A DNA stretch of 63,550 nt, counting the filler, from Lenisia limosa (taxonomy: Eukaryota; Protista; Breviatea): NCBI GenBank assembly GCA_001655205.1. It is 10 parts of 10 records of this genome, joined end to end, with 100 filler letters (N's around TTAATTAATTAA, not from the genome) between each part and the next. Parts side by side here need not be neighbours in the genome. Positions count along the whole stretch, not along the records: positions 61,256 to 63,550 come from LPNZ01006434.1; 9 more parts are not named here. One strand, given 5' to 3'. Below the pieces are notes generated by a model. It saw only the letters and a program-made list of their open reading frames with translations, did not search any database and was not told the origin of the DNA. Positions within the stretch are counted from its first letter, which is position 1, and each line of letters starts with the position of its first letter. The translations under genes and the position numbers were made by a program. Of this stretch, positions 61,541 through 63,550 are shown piece by piece.

Positions 61541-62961
61541 GTGTTAAAACAGGAGCTTCGCTTTCGATTGAAATGGAAAATAGGATGAAATGGTTTTCAT
61601 GTGCTACTTGGACCTTGTATTTATTAGGCTGGTAAATTGGAGGACTCTGTGAATCCCAAGTCGGTGCGCCGTAATGAAAGGGGTTGTGTTACTCAAAACA
61701 TTCGTATTATTGAGATTACTATGGATTTCATAGAACTTCAATAGGGCAGTTCTAGACAGAATTTCAATAAGTATCAGAAACACAAGAATATGACTCCGTC
61801 ACGCAATAATAACTGTGAAATATGAAATAAGGGCAATCCTTCAATAATCAGTCAATGTACTAACGACGCATACTGTCAATAGAGAAAATCAATATACTAC
61901 AAGTATAAATTGCATTTCATTAACGGCTGCTCATGTTTACATTTGTGAAACAGAAATCAGGTCCAACCAACAAGGATAGTGGTACACTCTTGACAAAAAC
62001 CAGTAGAATGGAGGCAGTTGGAAGTCCGATAATATCATCTGAAGACAATAAAATTGCAAATAAAATATATATAAGGTGATAAACAGCGTAAGGTTAATAA
62101 ATATGGTCCTTTCTGTCAAATATGTGAGTGCGATTGTTGTTTTGTTGATCCCCTTTCATTACTCACCTTTCTCCTTTCTCTCTTTTACCACAGCCACAGC
62201 CAAGCAAGCAGAGCAACCGGCCCCGCAAACAAGTACAAGAACAATGCAAGAATAGCAGAAAAAGAGGGTGGTTCTCGGAACACACCGTAGTCCCACGTTC
62301 GATTTTTTATGTTGAATGTTGTCGGCAAAAGGAATGGAAGCCGGCGACGCCGGGGCGACTCGGTATTTGAGCTCAGGCCACGCTGGCCCACGATGTGTTT
62401 GTTATGTACACAGCCTTTATTTATTTATTAGCAAGTTCTGAGAAGAAGAGTCTTTAGAAGAGTAGGCACATTGAGAGCGGCAGATCAGCAGGGATGTTGC
62501 CTTCTCCCGAGCCCTCTCTCGATCCCTTAAGGATCCCTATCAATGGTATGGAGAAAAATGAGGAATTCTGGTCAAACTACGTTCCCAGGCCCGAATTGTT
62601 TCCTGTTATCGATCTGTTCTGTTCCTCTCTCTTCTCTGTTCAGTGTTCCGAATGAAAATCCAGTACTTACAAACATATATCATCTTTTTCATTCCTCCAT
62701 GATTTATATTGTAGCTATTCAGCCTTGTTTTATCATTCCTTTAATCATTCTCGTTATTACAACTGTCTGCCCCTCCCCTCCCTCCATGTGCCTCTCCCAT
62801 ATTGAAGTCACCAAACAGGCAGGGCTGGTGCGAAGAAGTTACTTGTCAAGGAGCAGCTTTGTGATGCTTTGGAGGTATGGGTGTGGGGTGATTTGCAGCG
62901 TATTGGGGGGAGGGGAGAGAGGTGCTTTTCATAATAGAACTGTTCATGTTGTGTTTTTTTC

Positions 62962-63061
62962 TAGGACTTCCCTACGGTCCGAAACAGACCGGTAAAACAC
63001 CGATATTTATCGAGGATATATCGAGAAATTTAGTCTTTTTTGGGACCTTAGGGAAACCCTA
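62962..63061. mobile_element. MITE family A, subfamily 2
   Basis: TA-GGACTTCCCTACGGTCC ... GGACCTTAGGGAAACCC-TA. Confidence 0.85.
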
Positions 63062-63550
63062 ATTATCATGCGTTGGAGCCGGGAGGGGAGGGGCTTTCAT
63101 AAGAAGAGACAGTATACAACCTTGTTGGATTATCCTTGATTGTTCTCGTCATTTTGATCTATAAAACTACTTTCCTTTATCACGCAGGACCTTGTCAAAT
63201 GGGCTGGCCTGACCCCTTCGAAGGTAAAAGGGCTCGATAAAACCTGAAATTTTGTTGTAGTTATGGTTGTGATTGTAATTTTGTTATTCTACAATTTTCC
63301 TTTTTTCTGTTTCATAAATTTTCAATTTACTCACCCCCCCCCCTACCAGTGCTGCAGAAGCGTGGCCTGGGCTTTGTTTGATTTATTGTTATCAGCTTTT
63401 TTATTTCAGAAATTTTCAAATTTGTTGTGTGTTGTCAGCCAACAGAGTTTGTTTTTTGTTTTCCATTTTCATCTTTTCCCCCCCTTTTGCAGCACAAATG
63501 CCCTTTCCGTGCCGACCCCCCTCCACCCTCTCTACTACCCCAGCTCCGGG

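Overview
Eukaryotic, intron-rich nuclear DNA from a fragmented draft assembly. It is about 10 separate contigs joined by artificial 100-bp linkers (N44-TTAATTAATTAA-N44), so adjacency across linkers is not biological. Recognisable host gene pieces are a PDCD5 homolog, a PWI-domain (RBM26/27-like) gene, a multi-PH-domain gene, two ankyrin genes, an LRR gene, a HEAT-repeat gene, an I/LWEQ C-terminal exon and several hypothetical multi-exon genes. The rest is dense in mobile DNA: three degenerate copies of a DIRS/Ngaro-type tyrosine-recombinase (YR) retrotransposon (RT, RNase H, YR, Gag Cys/His motif), a Crypton-type YR, pogo (DDE_1) and piggyBac-like transposase relics, and several MITE/short-repeat families. 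Most notable are (i) introns with near-complementary ends (GT+G-run ... C-run+AG) that share homologous, sense-oriented internal modules across unrelated genes (introner-like), (ii) a ~2 kb RT-less DIRS derivative with inverted ends and an apparent spliceosomal intron in its gag, and (iii) apparent introns in several transposase/recombinase genes. No rRNA, tRNA or CRISPR array could be supported. All protein calls come from motif recognition by eye, not database searches.
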